In this document: positions 20,122 through 30,655 of the stretch, piece after piece | Layout: each line of letters begins with the position of its first letter | Numbering within the stretch: position 1 is the first letter of the stretch | Assembly (NCBI GenBank): GCA_050331735.1 | Contig: JBHJGN010000024.1 | Location: forward strand, 1 to 64,000 | Length of the DNA stretch: 64,000 nt | Direction: 5' to 3' | Source: Cyanophyceae cyanobacterium | GTDB taxonomy: Bacteria > Cyanobacteriota > Cyanobacteriia > Cyanobacteriales > JBHJGN01 | The notes under the pieces: generated by a model | The model's database searches: none | What the model was told of the DNA's origin: nothing | The model's input: only the letters and a program-made list of their open reading frames with translations | Position numbers and translations under genes: made by a program

Positions 20122-21060
20122 ATGAAAGCTCTAAAAGTTATTAAGCCCTATCTACGCTGGTTTATTTTAGGCGGAACGCTCTTTTTCCTGCTCAAAGCCT
20201 TTAAAGACCGCTGGCAAGACGTGCTGGCGGTACAGATTAATTCTCAGGGCTGGCTCGTTCTGGCGATCGCCTTACTCGTGACTTTCTGTGCTCATGCGTG
20301 GTCTGGCTGGGTATGGACGTGGATTCTCAAAGCGTTTCGGCAACCCCTCCGCGGTTGGCCAGCCGTTCGGGTTTATTTGGTGACGAATATTGCTAAATAC
20401 CTTCCAGGCAACGTTTGGCATTTCTACGGACGCATAGCGGCAGTGACCAAAACTGGAGGCTCTATTGGGGTCGCCAGCCTGAGTGTGTTGCTCGAGCCTC
20501 TCCTCATGGCGGCAGCGGCTTTATTAGTTGCCCTGCTTTGTGGAGCTTCAAGTTGGGTGAGACTGGCCACAGCTCAAAGCCTCGGACTACAAATTCTCAG
20601 TCTTGTCTTTGTCTTGGGAGGAATCCATCCGCGCCTCCTTAATCCAGTTGTTCATGCCCTCAGCCGTTCTAAAACAGCGAGTGCCGAGACAGTCGTCCTC
20701 CAGCAATATCCCTTTGTCCCTTTACTCGGAGAAGTTGGTTTTGTCCTGCTGCGAGGCGCGGGCTTTCTGTTAACGGTGGGAGCATTAATGTCTATCACGC
20801 CTCAACAGCTCCCTTCATTGCTCAGTGCCTTTAGCTTTGCCTGGTTACTTGGACTAATTGTCCCAGGCGCACCAGGAGGTCTAGGCGTTTTTGAAGCCAC
20901 AATTATTGCTCTTTTAAACGATCAGGTTCCGGCAGAAATTATTCTAAGCACGGTAGCAATCTTTCGCTTTATTAGTATTGTTGCAGAAGCGATCGCCGCC
21001 GGAATTTCCTGGCTTGGATCTTCAGGCAATCGCGCCAGTCAGCAGGCGGACCACCCCTAG
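20122..21060 (+). CDS. UPF0104 / lysylphosphatidylglycerol-synthase TM domain membrane protein
   Basis: Multi-TM; KYLPGNVW and PGAPGGLGVFE motifs. Confidence 0.8.
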   Translation: MKALKVIKPYLRWFILGGTLFFLLKAFKDRWQDVLAVQINSQGWLVLAIALLVTFCAHAWSGWVWTWILKAFRQPLRGWPAVRVYLVTNIAKYLPGNVWHFYGRIAAVTKTGGSIGVASLSVLLEPLLMAAAALLVALLCGASSWVRLATAQSLGLQILSLVFVLGGIHPRLLNPVVHALSRSKTASAETVVLQQYPFVPLLGEVGFVLLRGAGFLLTVGALMSITPQQLPSLLSAFSFAWLLGLIVPGAPGGLGVFEATIIALLNDQVPAEIILSTVAIFRFISIVAEAIAAGISWLGSSGNRASQQADHP

Positions 21061-21686
21061 GAATTGGGAGCTGTATCATTGCTGCTGAAAACAACATTGT
21101 CAATCAATTTGCCAACGAAATCTGTATCGCTTTGATTAGCAATAACAATTTTTGTGATCAAATCGGCGTCAAAAATAACCCCAAAAAAAGTCGGCTGCTG
21201 AGCCAATTCTACCGTTTCTGTTGCCAAGAGTCCGCTGTCTCCGAAAATTTTTACTTCGACAGTTCCCGAGGCTAGATCGGCTAGCAGATCAAAGCCTGCT
21301 TGACTAACTGGCTCAGTAAAATTGATAGCCAGATCGCTTAAAAAAGAGCTGGGACCAATTACATCCGAAGGGACTCCTAAAACACCTTGAGCCAGCAGAT
21401 CTAATTCGTTAATATTAGCCCCGACAGCAGAAAACCGAATTCCTGTTTCAATATCGCCTGGGGAAAAAGCAGAATTTTTGGTCGTACTATCTAGATATCC
21501 CGAGAAACTAACAATATTGTTTTCTGTCAGGTTATTGTCTTCAAAGTCTTCTAGTCTTGGCTGGGAAGCCACGGCCAGAAACGCCTCTCGCTCTCTAAAG
21601 AATAAAATTTTAGCACAAACAGTCCCCTTAACTCCTAGAGCGATTAATGCAGCTCCAGCAGCAGCAATGATTTTTTTCATGGTCAT
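21057..21686 (-). CDS. Secreted hypothetical beta-rich protein
   Basis: MKKII signal peptide; LEDFE...AGFD...FFGV...IDNVVF pattern. Confidence 0.6.
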   Translation of the reverse strand: MTMKKIIAAAGAALIALGVKGTVCAKILFFREREAFLAVASQPRLEDFEDNNLTENNIVSFSGYLDSTTKNSAFSPGDIETGIRFSAVGANINELDLLAQGVLGVPSDVIGPSSFLSDLAINFTEPVSQAGFDLLADLASGTVEVKIFGDSGLLATETVELAQQPTFFGVIFDADLITKIVIANQSDTDFVGKLIDNVVFSSNDTAPNS

Positions 21687-22295
21687 AAAAGTCGTTGCTG
21701 TTATTTCAGATGAAAAGACAGCAGGTCGAGCCGAAACTAAATAAATTTTTGTGTGTTTTTTGGGCTTGCTCAAAGAGTCAAGCCGCTAGTTTTAAGTAAA
21801 TCAAGAAGATTTAATCTTTTAATAATCAATTGATAACATAGCGGTCTGAGGAGTCGTCAATGCGCTTGTGACTTCTTCATTAAATTAATAAACAAAAGAT
21901 TTTCAATATAAAGGTTTTATGAAGAAGCTATGAGGCTAGATAAGAATGACATGAAAGAAAAATAAGTCACTAAATAAGTCACTTCTTTCACAAGTTTATT
22001 GAAAACAAGATTTTTTTTGCTAGGTAGCTCAATCAGGATGAAAGAGAAAACGGTAATTGACAGGAACTAAGTATCCGCTCGTTTTTCTGCCTGCTAACCG
22101 AGAAAATTGGTCAAGGCACAGTTTGAAGACGATCCACTAAATAAGGGCTAAACATCCACAAAACTCTGGCTACTTTCGTAAAAATTTTGCTAGCAATAAG
22201 AACGGAGGCTTCATAGCCTTTGCTAGTTCTAATGATTGATGAGGGTTTGCTTTTTGCTAAACTGACCAATAGTATTGACAGTTGGAGATGAAAAG

Positions 22296-23594
22296 ATGGT
22301 CGCTGCTCAAGCTTCGCTCACAGAAATTGCGCAAGCAACTCGCCAAGGCGTACGCCAGCTAGCGGTATTGCCGACAGATCATAAAAACCAGGCGATAGAG
22401 GCGATCGCCCAGGCGCTAGAGGCGGCTGCCCCCGAAATTTTGGCGGCCAATGAAGCTGATTGTCAGGCAGCACAAACTAGCGGCATTGCTCACTCCCTGT
22501 ACGCTCGGCTGAAGCTGGGAGAAACGAAGCTTAAGGCGGCGATCGCTGGCGTGAGAGATGTCGGCAAATTGAGCGATCCGGTAGGTCATACTCAAATTCA
22601 CCGTCAACTGGACGAGGGCTTAATTTTGAAGCGAGTCACCTGTCCTCTCGGAGTTTTAGGCATCATTTTTGAAGCTCGTCCCGATGCATTGATTCAAATT
22701 ACGAGCCTTGCCATCAAATCGGGGAATGGCGTGATTCTCAAAGGTGGCAAAGAAGCGACCCGTTCCTGTCAAGCCTTGACCAAGGCGATTCACAAGGGAC
22801 TGGCCACCACACAAGTTTCTCCTCGTGTGGTCCAGCTACTGACAACCAGAGAAGAAACTCGGGCCTTGCTAGCGCTAGATGAGTACGTCGATTTAATTAT
22901 CCCGAGAGGTTCTAATGCTTTTGTTCGCTACGTGCAGGAGAACACGCGCATTCCCGTTCTCGGACATGCAGACGGAATTTGCCACCTTTATGTAGATAGG
23001 GCGGCTGAGGTGGAAAAGGCCGTTGCCCTAGCAGTAGATGCAAAAACGCACTATCCCGCTGCCTGCAACGCCATCGAGACGTTGCTGGTGCATCAGGACA
23101 TTGCTGCCCAGTTTTTACCGCAGGCGGCAGCCGCTTTGCAAGCCGCAGGAACTCAACTATTGGGGGATGCTCAAGTTCGCCAGCTTGTGCCGATGACAGC
23201 GGCAATAGAAGCGGACTGGAGTACCGAGTATAGCGATTTAGTTTTAGCGATCAAAGTGGTTCCTTCCTTAGAAGCGGCGATCGCCCACATCAATACCTAC
23301 GGTTCTAAACATACTGACGCGATCGCCACTGAAGATCGAGCCGCTGCCCACACTTTTTTGAACCAGGTCGATGCTGCCGGAGTCTTTCATAACTGTTCGA
23401 CTCGCTTCGCCGATGGCTTCCGCTATGGGTTGGGGGCAGAAGTGGGCATCAGCACCCAAAAAATGCCGCCTCGCGGTCCTGTCGGCTTAGAAGGGCTAGT
23501 CACCTACAAATACCAGGTAGTGGGGAACGGACACATCGCCGCTACCTACACAGGCACAACTGCCAAACCCTTTACTCACCAAGATTTAGCATAG
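22296..23594 (+). CDS. proA: Glutamate-5-semialdehyde dehydrogenase
   Basis: [55 protein letters not shown]. Confidence 0.97.
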   Translation: MVAAQASLTEIAQATRQGVRQLAVLPTDHKNQAIEAIAQALEAAAPEILAANEADCQAAQTSGIAHSLYARLKLGETKLKAAIAGVRDVGKLSDPVGHTQIHRQLDEGLILKRVTCPLGVLGIIFEARPDALIQITSLAIKSGNGVILKGGKEATRSCQALTKAIHKGLATTQVSPRVVQLLTTREETRALLALDEYVDLIIPRGSNAFVRYVQENTRIPVLGHADGICHLYVDRAAEVEKAVALAVDAKTHYPAACNAIETLLVHQDIAAQFLPQAAAALQAAGTQLLGDAQVRQLVPMTAAIEADWSTEYSDLVLAIKVVPSLEAAIAHINTYGSKHTDAIATEDRAAAHTFLNQVDAAGVFHNCSTRFADGFRYGLGAEVGISTQKMPPRGPVGLEGLVTYKYQVVGNGHIAATYTGTTAKPFTHQDLA

Positions 23595-23596
23595 CG

Positions 23597-23953
23597 TTGG
23601 ATTCTATTCAGGTGACAGGCATTCGCTGCTACGGCTACACCGGCTACCTCAGCGAAGAACAGATTCTCGGACAGTGGTTTGAGGTCAATCTGACCCTCTG
23701 GCTCGATCTAGCACCAGCGGGGAGGAGCGATCACATCGAACACACTCTGGATTATCGGGCGGCGATCGCCATTGTTAAGGAGTTAGTAGAGACCCAAAAG
23801 TTTGCCCTCGTCGAAAAATTAGCGACGGCGATCGCTCAGCAATTATTACAGCTAGATCTGGTGCAGAAAGTCCGTGTCCAGCTCACTAAACCGGCTGCCC
23901 CGATTCCTGACTTCGGCGGCAAAATTACCATCGACATCACCCGCACTCGGTGA
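23597..23953 (+). CDS. folB: Dihydroneopterin aldolase
   Basis: YGYTG...EEQILGQWFEV, TLDY, LVEKLA, KPAAPI. Confidence 0.95.
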   Translation: MDSIQVTGIRCYGYTGYLSEEQILGQWFEVNLTLWLDLAPAGRSDHIEHTLDYRAAIAIVKELVETQKFALVEKLATAIAQQLLQLDLVQKVRVQLTKPAAPIPDFGGKITIDITRTR

Positions 23954-24204
23954 GTCCAAGTCCCCTGCCTAGACCTAAGACAGATGTAGCGCTTTTGTGT
24001 CGAATCCTACAATGAACCTAAAATTGCCTTCAGTTATCTACTTAGCGATACGGATTCTTGAACTCGTCCTAGATTTCCGTAATTTCACTAGGGAGATTGC
24101 TGTCTCTATTTGGGAAGTTTGTATTAAGAGGCTAAGCGTTAGAGCCATTTTAATGCAATAAGCCAAAGCTTAGTAATCTAAACCTGTTTTTTGAATTAAG
24201 GCTG

Positions 24205-24378
24205 ATGAATGCGAAAATTAGGCTAGCTGTTCACTGTTTTTGGCTGTATCTCAACCAACCCGTCTTTGATTCCCAATCTTTATCAGTTTGGAGTATTTAT
24301 CGCTTTTGGTATCTATATAAAGTTCAGTGGCTAGAAGATTGTTTAGCGAAAGACTTACCTTCAAAAAGCCACCATTGA
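24205..24378 (+). CDS. Small (57 aa) hypothetical protein, absent from the ORF track
   Basis: MNAKIRLAVHCFWLYLNQPVFDSQSLSVWSIYRFWYLYKVQWLEDCLAKDLPSKSHH*, standing alone in a ~670 bp gap. Confidence 0.55.
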   Translation: MNAKIRLAVHCFWLYLNQPVFDSQSLSVWSIYRFWYLYKVQWLEDCLAKDLPSKSHH

Positions 24379-24627
24379 TAGCAGTTGTCTCTTTGAGAAG
24401 GTACAGTCCTAAGTTTTAGTATTTGTTGATGGTTAATAGTTCATTGTTCTTTAAACTACTACAAGGGCACCCTCAATAGCTTAGGAATTTCTGTCTATAG
24501 GCTTTAGGATAAGTTAATCTATTATTCTTGCTCCTGAGCCTATTGCATACGTCTACTAGGGGACAATTTGCTATTAACCACTAACAAAAACTGTACTTGT
24601 TACTCTCTCCGCGTTAATCTAAAAATA

Positions 24628-26136
24628 CTATTTGATGTCGTAGCCAAACAAGTTAGCATCAACGTCGCCTAACTTTAAGTCATCCAGTCCGTATTCGGCC
24701 CAGCGCCTTTCTACCATTGCAGCAACTTCCGCATCGGACTCTAGCGGTTCTCCCCATTCGTGTTCGGTTTCGGGAGGAATTTTTGTGGTAGCATCGATCC
24801 CCATGCGTCCCCCTAAGCCAAGTTTTTGACTAGCAAAATCTAACGTATCAAAGGGCGTATGGGGCAAAATAAACACATCTCGGGAAGGATCAACCTTAGA
24901 ACTGATGGCCCAAACCACCTGACGCGGGTCGCGGATGTTGATATTTTTGTCAACAACGATGACAAATTTAGTGTAGGTAAATTGGGGCAAGGCGCTCCAA
25001 AACGCCAAGGCTGCCCGTCTTGCCTGCCCTGGATAGGCTTTATCAATGGAGATGATGGCCGCTTTATAGCTGAGGGCTTCCATCGGCAGAAAGAAATCGA
25101 CGATTTCAGACACCTGCTGGCGCAGGATCGGGGTATAAATGCGGTTAAGAGCGATCGCCATCATCGCTTCTTCTTTCGGCGGACGACCGCTAAACGTGGT
25201 TAAATAAACCGGGTCTTTGCGGTGGGTCAGGCAGTGGAAGCGAATCAGCGGGGAATCTTCAACTCCGCCGTAGTATCCCATATGGTCGCCAAAGGGACCA
25301 TCTGGCAGCACTTCCCCTGGGGTAATCGTTCCTTCTAACACCAATTCTGAGTCGGCTGGCACTTCGAGATCCAGCGTCTTACAGTTTGCCAACTGTACGC
25401 CAGAACCGCCATAGAGTCCGGCAAACAGCCATTCAGATAAATCGACAGGAATGGGGGTGGCGGCGGCCATAATAATGAGAGGATCGACACCAAGGGCGAT
25501 CGCAATTTCTAATTTTTTCCCCGCTTGTGCCGCTTTCCGCAGATGCCTAGCTCCGCCCCGAACCGACAGCCAATGTACCGTCATGGTATTTTTAGACTGG
25601 AGCTGCAAGCGATAGACTCCGACGTTAGGAGTGCCTGTTTCGACATCTTTGGTAATTACCAACCCCAGCGTGATAATTTTGCCCGCATCTCCCGGATAGG
25701 GCCGAATGAGCGGGAGTTTGGTCAAATCTAGTTCATCCCCGGTAATCACCACCTGCTGACAGGCTGGAAAAAAACTTTTCCCTGGCTTGGCCTTCACTAC
25801 GTCAAACAGCACTTTTCCAAAGTCTACGGCTTGGGAAATTTTCTTCGGCGGTTTGGGCTGTTGCAGCATGCCGAGCTTTTTACCCAGAGTTTCTAATTCC
25901 TCTGGCCGATCCATGTTCATCGCCCAGCAGATTCGTTCCACTGTTCCCATGAGGTTAATGGCCACCGGAAAATCAGCTCCTTTAACGTTTTCAAACAGCA
26001 GTCCCGGACCGCCTGCTTGCAGCATCCGGTTAGCAATCTCGGCAATTTCTAAATCCGGATCGACAAGGGCATTGATGCGTCGTAGTTGCCCTCTTGTTTC
26101 CAACAGTTGAATAAATCCCCGTAGATCTCTTGCCAT
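24628..26136 (-). CDS. ubiD: UbiD family decarboxylase (probably plastoquinone pathway)
   Basis: MARDLRGFI, NVGVYRLQ, DGPFGDHMGYY, GRPPKEE, GGRMGIDAT. Confidence 0.95.
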   Translation of the reverse strand: MARDLRGFIQLLETRGQLRRINALVDPDLEIAEIANRMLQAGGPGLLFENVKGADFPVAINLMGTVERICWAMNMDRPEELETLGKKLGMLQQPKPPKKISQAVDFGKVLFDVVKAKPGKSFFPACQQVVITGDELDLTKLPLIRPYPGDAGKIITLGLVITKDVETGTPNVGVYRLQLQSKNTMTVHWLSVRGGARHLRKAAQAGKKLEIAIALGVDPLIIMAAATPIPVDLSEWLFAGLYGGSGVQLANCKTLDLEVPADSELVLEGTITPGEVLPDGPFGDHMGYYGGVEDSPLIRFHCLTHRKDPVYLTTFSGRPPKEEAMMAIALNRIYTPILRQQVSEIVDFFLPMEALSYKAAIISIDKAYPGQARRAALAFWSALPQFTYTKFVIVVDKNINIRDPRQVVWAISSKVDPSRDVFILPHTPFDTLDFASQKLGLGGRMGIDATTKIPPETEHEWGEPLESDAEVAAMVERRWAEYGLDDLKLGDVDANLFGYDIK

Positions 26137-26283
26137 TACCCATTTAATTTAGCTTTGCTTCTCTATTATCTCTTCTTTTCAGGGGAAACTGAAGCAGTTA
26201 AAGAAGCGCTTAACTCTTAGCTGTTAGCTATTTGAGAAATTTTCTACCATGTGAAGTGTTGAGAGTCTAAATTAAGCTCAGAG

Positions 26284-26847
26284 CTATTCTAGTCCAGACG
26301 CTAAAACCTGTTTGACGGCGACAGCAAGCTCTAGCTGGTTAGAAATGATGCGGTCTTCACCCGTAAATACCATCTCGTCGTATAGACCCTCGTTCAATAT
26401 TAGAACCGTTACTCGCTTCTCCAGCGGATCGACAATCCAATACTCAGGAACACCTGAAGCTGCATACTCCGAACGCTTATAACGGTAGTCTCGCGTTACT
26501 GAGTCAGGGCTAACAATTTCTACCACTAATTGGGGAACCGTCTGAAAAATTGCCGTTTGATCTAACAGTTCTAGTGCCGCTTCTCTAGGAATAATTAATA
26601 AATCGGCAAGGCGCGATTTCTGCCATCCTGTTCTCACCCCAGCTTCTTTAAAGCAGACCCAAGGTAAAGCTCTGCGTTCTATTTCAGCATCAAAACATTG
26701 CTCTAAATACTTAGCGATCAATAGATGTCTGACTCTTGGTGGGTTCATCAATTCCAACTTGCCATCCACCAATTCATAACGGTTTTCTGTTCCGTTATCG
26801 TATTGGCAATACTCCTCAAAACTGTAGATTGCTTCAGTCTCAATCAT
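26284..26847 (-). CDS. Uma2 family endonuclease
   Basis: RYELVDG, PQLVVEIVSP, RDYRYKRSEYA, VPEYWIVDP. Confidence 0.92.
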   Translation of the reverse strand: MIETEAIYSFEEYCQYDNGTENRYELVDGKLELMNPPRVRHLLIAKYLEQCFDAEIERRALPWVCFKEAGVRTGWQKSRLADLLIIPREAALELLDQTAIFQTVPQLVVEIVSPDSVTRDYRYKRSEYAASGVPEYWIVDPLEKRVTVLILNEGLYDEMVFTGEDRIISNQLELAVAVKQVLASGLE

Positions 26848-27052
26848 CAGTTTCCATTCCTGTTTTGGTCTAGTGCTGATTGTTGTTACGTGAGGTCAAC
26901 GCTTTCAGTTCCTGTCATTATTATTCTGCCAGCTTGACTTAAATGAGCTGTGGTGATACTCGGTAGAAAGCGCTCACTAAAGTTTTTCACTCCAGGGTGA
27001 ATCTATTTTTGGTGCTGCTTCCTATCTGATTTAACTCGTTAATGCTTTAAAA

Positions 27053-27124
27053 CTCCCCAGGTAGGATTCGAACCTACGACCAATCGGTTAACAGCCGACC
27101 GCTCTACCACTGAGCTACTGAGGA
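27053..27124 (-). tRNA. tRNA-Asn (GTT)
   Basis: Reverse complement TCCTCAGTAGCTCAGTGGTAGAGCGGTCGGCT-GTT-AACCGATTGGTCGTAGGTTCGAATCCTACCTGGGGAG folds as a cloverleaf; CCA not encoded. Confidence 0.98.
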
Positions 27125-27267
27125 TTGCTGACAACAGTTATTTATTATAGCAACAGAAAACGTGTTTAGGCAAGGATATTTAGATTTTACCACAGACGCT
27201 TCCTGGGCGCTGGAAAGCCAACGTTTTTACCGCTATTTTAGAAAGTGTTCTCCACCTTGAGCGGCTC

Positions 27268-27732
27268 ATGCTGGCACATCACCGTAAATCCGTTTGCCTA
27301 TCTTTGCTTTCTACAGATTTGCCTATCCTAGCCTCTTTAGAATCGGCAGCGACTATTTATCAAAAAGATCGGGAACGGTTTCATTTACTATTGAGTCAGC
27401 CATTTGGGGCAGAATCGACAGATGATTGTCATCAGTCATCTCGTCAGCAATTATTGTGGCTAGAACTCTCTCCCTATCGAGTCTTGATGACGATGCAGGA
27501 AAACGGTCGCTTGGGGTATCGCCACTTCTGGGAAGAAGGAATTTATGGCAGCAGTCGCTACTGGCTGCACAGTTATGCCGAAGACAGCAGCTCTTTTCGC
27601 TTACGCAACTTTACCCGCAGCCTTAAGCTCCAGGGCAATCCTTTTCCTCAAAATCTACGACTTGACTATGAACTGTGGTCAGACCAAGTTCAGTTAGGAC
27701 ACTACGTTCTGCATCTTGAAATTCACCAATGA
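27268..27732 (+). CDS. Hypothetical protein
   Basis: Clean 154-aa ORF upstream of map (LWLELSPYRV, YRHFWEEG, LDYELW). Confidence 0.75.
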   Translation: MLAHHRKSVCLSLLSTDLPILASLESAATIYQKDRERFHLLLSQPFGAESTDDCHQSSRQQLLWLELSPYRVLMTMQENGRLGYRHFWEEGIYGSSRYWLHSYAEDSSSFRLRNFTRSLKLQGNPFPQNLRLDYELWSDQVQLGHYVLHLEIHQ

Positions 27733-27806
27733 CGCGGAGCGAGAGTGAGCTGGAGGTAACGAGGAAAGGTTTATGATGAAAGAAGCGTTGGTCAATTACT
27801 TAAATA

Positions 27807-28583
27807 ATGGGAAGCGAAACACTTACTCTTCTTTCAAGCCGAGAAATCGCAAAAATGCGTCAGGCGGGACTTTTAGCTGCTCAATTGTTAGATCATTTAG
27901 CCCCGCTAGTCAAGCCCGGGGTTAGTACCCTAGAGCTAAATGAAGAAGCCGAACGCTGGACGCAAGCCCACGGAGCCAAAAGTGCTCCTCTTGGCTATCC
28001 TGGTGCGGTGATCGACTTCCCAAAATCTATCTGTACCAGCGTCAATGAAGTCATTTGTCACGGTATTCCCAACGCGCAGCAAATTCTCCGCGATGGTGAC
28101 ATTATTAACATCGACGTTACCCCCATCGTTGATGGCTATCATGGCGATACCTCTCGCACCTTCTTTGTTGGAGAGCCGACACCGCAAACGCGCAAATTAG
28201 TCGAAGTTACCGAAGAATGCTTGAGACGAGGCATTGCCGCCGTACAGCCAGGAGGAAAAATCGGCGATATTGGTGCAGCTATTCAAGAATATGCCGAAGC
28301 GAACGGATTTAGCGTGGTCAGAGATTTTGTTGGTCACGGCGTTGGCCGCATTTTCCATACAGCACCGCAAATTCCTCACTACGGAACGCGAGGCAAAGGC
28401 AAGCGGATTCGTCCCGGTATGGTGTTTACAATTGAACCGATGATTAACGAGGGAACCTATGAAGCGGAGGTTCTCGAAGATGGCTGGACGGCAGTAACAA
28501 AAGACCGCAAGCTTTCAGCACAGTTTGAACATACCATTGCAGTGACGAAAGAGGGAGTGGAAATTTTAACTCGCAGAGATTAA
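27807..28583 (+). CDS. map: Type I methionyl aminopeptidase
   Basis: SVNEVICHGIP, DIINIDVT, GHGVG..FH, FTIEPMIN, SAQFEHT. Confidence 0.97.
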   Translation: MGSETLTLLSSREIAKMRQAGLLAAQLLDHLAPLVKPGVSTLELNEEAERWTQAHGAKSAPLGYPGAVIDFPKSICTSVNEVICHGIPNAQQILRDGDIINIDVTPIVDGYHGDTSRTFFVGEPTPQTRKLVEVTEECLRRGIAAVQPGGKIGDIGAAIQEYAEANGFSVVRDFVGHGVGRIFHTAPQIPHYGTRGKGKRIRPGMVFTIEPMINEGTYEAEVLEDGWTAVTKDRKLSAQFEHTIAVTKEGVEILTRRD

Positions 28584-28591
28584 ATAGATAC

Positions 28592-28617
28592 TTGTCCCCA
28601 GGTGTGCCTGGGGACAA
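28592..28617. terminator. Hairpin between convergent map and fbaB
   Basis: Perfect 11-bp stem TTGTCCCCAGG-tgtg-CCTGGGGACAA. Confidence 0.7.
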
Positions 28618-28622
28618 CAGGA

Positions 28623-29705
28623 TTAAGCAATGGTCACTTCAGACGATAGGTACACATCCTGAATCAGGTGGAAAATCTTCACGCCTTCTTTCAAAGGACG
28701 CTGGAACGTTTTCCGACCAGAAATCAAGCCACAGCCGCCAGCGCGTTTGTTAATCACAGCAGTACGAACCGCTTCAGCAAAATCATTTTTTCCGGAAGCT
28801 CCCCCAGAGTTGATTAAACCGCTGCGTCCAGCGTAGCAGTTGAGCACCTGATAGCGAGTGAGATCAATGGGATGGTCGGTTGTCAGTTCTGTATAAACGC
28901 GGTCGTCGGTTCTGCCATACTTTTTACCAGTCGCTTTCGCCACCGCTTCATAGCCACCGTTGCACAGTGGGAGTTTTTGCTTAATGATGTCGGCTTGAAT
29001 CGTTACGCCCAGGTGATTCGCTTGTCCGGTTAAGTCCGCCGCTACATGGTAGTCCTGGTCTTGCTTGAAAGCGCTGTTACGCAGATAACACCAGAGAATC
29101 GTCGCCATTCCGAGTTCGTGTGCTAGTTCAAAGGCGCGGCTCACTTCTTGAATTTGACGGTCCGATTCAGGGGAACCGAAGTAAATAGTGGCTCCCACCG
29201 CGACAGCCCCCAAATTCCAAGCCTGTTCAACACTACCAAACATGATTTGATCGTGCTTGTTGGGGTAAGTGAGTAGTTCATTGTGATTCAGCTTAACAAT
29301 AAAGGGGATGCGGTGAGCATACTGGCGAGACACTATACCGAGAACGCCTAGAGTGGTGGCAACGGCGTTACAGCCTCCTTCGAGAGCCAGTTTAATGATG
29401 TTTTCTGGGTCAAAGTAGGCGGGGTTGGGCGCAAAAGAGGCGGCTCCTGAATGTTCAATGCCCTGATCGACAGGCAGAATGGAAAGATAGCCCGTATTGG
29501 CTAGTCGTCCGGTAGAATAGAGCTGCTGAAGGCTACGCAGCACTTGAGGCGAGCGATCGCTTTTGGCAAACACTCGCTCGATAAAATCAGGACTAGGTAA
29601 ATTGAGCCTGTCTTGAGAAACTTTTGCCTGATAGGTGAGCAGGCTTTCTGCCTCATTGCCCAACCAAGATTCAATCGATTGTGGAGCAGATAAAGTAGTT
29701 GTCAT
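28623..29705 (-). CDS. fbaB: Class I fructose-bisphosphate aldolase
   Basis: [42 protein letters not shown]. Confidence 0.95.
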   Translation of the reverse strand: MTTTLSAPQSIESWLGNEAESLLTYQAKVSQDRLNLPSPDFIERVFAKSDRSPQVLRSLQQLYSTGRLANTGYLSILPVDQGIEHSGAASFAPNPAYFDPENIIKLALEGGCNAVATTLGVLGIVSRQYAHRIPFIVKLNHNELLTYPNKHDQIMFGSVEQAWNLGAVAVGATIYFGSPESDRQIQEVSRAFELAHELGMATILWCYLRNSAFKQDQDYHVAADLTGQANHLGVTIQADIIKQKLPLCNGGYEAVAKATGKKYGRTDDRVYTELTTDHPIDLTRYQVLNCYAGRSGLINSGGASGKNDFAEAVRTAVINKRAGGCGLISGRKTFQRPLKEGVKIFHLIQDVYLSSEVTIA

Positions 29706-29799
29706 CGTTAAAATTCTTAAATTCTCATAAGAGTCATTATATTTTTTATACGCTAGGCAAGTCTTTTAAAACTCCCGCCGGTGTCAGAGTTTAGTTCAG

Positions 29800-30168
29800 A
29801 TGATTAAATATACTGATGCGTTTGTCACGTTAGCTGCCGCCGATAGCACAGTACTTGTTAATTTTTATCGCCAACTGTTAGGCAAAGAGCCTCATCCACA
29901 TATTCCGAATGTCTATGCTGAGTTTCGGCTGAGCGGGCTACGCCTCGGCATTTTTCAGCCCCGGGCCGATCGTCAGTCGGAGTTTGCTGATTCGACTCAG
30001 AGTGGCATGAGCTTATGCTTAGAAGTAGAAGATTTAGAGGCGGTGATCGCCCATCTCACTCAAATCGGTGCGTCACCGCCGGGAAAAATGACCGTTGCCT
30101 CTCACGGTCGAGAAATCTATGCCTACGATCCGGCAGGCAATCGCCTGATTCTGCACCAGTCTCCCTGA
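29800..30168 (+). CDS. VOC / glyoxalase family protein
   Basis: FYRQLLG, LCLEVEDLE, YAYDPAGNRL. Confidence 0.85.
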   Translation: MIKYTDAFVTLAAADSTVLVNFYRQLLGKEPHPHIPNVYAEFRLSGLRLGIFQPRADRQSEFADSTQSGMSLCLEVEDLEAVIAHLTQIGASPPGKMTVASHGREIYAYDPAGNRLILHQSP

Positions 30169-30235
30169 GAGAGCGTGTTGTCAACCAGCCACCACCGCTA
30201 TAAGCTAGACCTTACTCGTTGTTAGTCGTGCCTTT

Positions 30236-30655
30236 ATGTCTCCGCTACCCGACCATCGACCCGCTCAACTGTCCTTGGGCCCTTTAGAAGCAGAAATCCT
30301 GAGCATTATTTGGGAGTTAGGTTCTGCTACAACCAAAGAAATTCACGAACAAATCTTAAGCAACCCAGAGCGAGAACTCGCCTACGCCTCGGTTTCAACC
30401 GTCCTGCGTCGTCTAGCTCAAAAGGAGTGGATTAGCTGCGATAAACAGGAGCGAGCGTTTGTCTGGCGAGCACTCGTTTCTCCACAAGAAGCCAAGATGC
30501 TTCAGGCCCACAGTCGCTTACAGCAGTTTCTCGATGTGGGCAATCCCGATGTGGTCGCTGCCTTTGCCGACCGCTTAGACAGAGCGAGCATCGAGAAAAT
30601 AGAGGCGATCGCGCAACGCTTACAGGCCATTCGTCAACAGCGGGAGGAAGAATAA
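30236..30655 (+). CDS. BlaI/MecI/CopY family repressor
   Basis: LGPLEAEILSIIW, LAYASVSTVLRRL. Confidence 0.9.
   Translation: MSPLPDHRPAQLSLGPLEAEILSIIWELGSATTKEIHEQILSNPERELAYASVSTVLRRLAQKEWISCDKQERAFVWRALVSPQEAKMLQAHSRLQQFLDVGNPDVVAAFADRLDRASIEKIEAIAQRLQAIRQQREEE

Noticed and set aside
26284..27124. tRNA-Asn as an island integration site
   Set aside because: No integrase and no duplicated tRNA 3' end seen; Uma2 genes are common in cyanobacteria.
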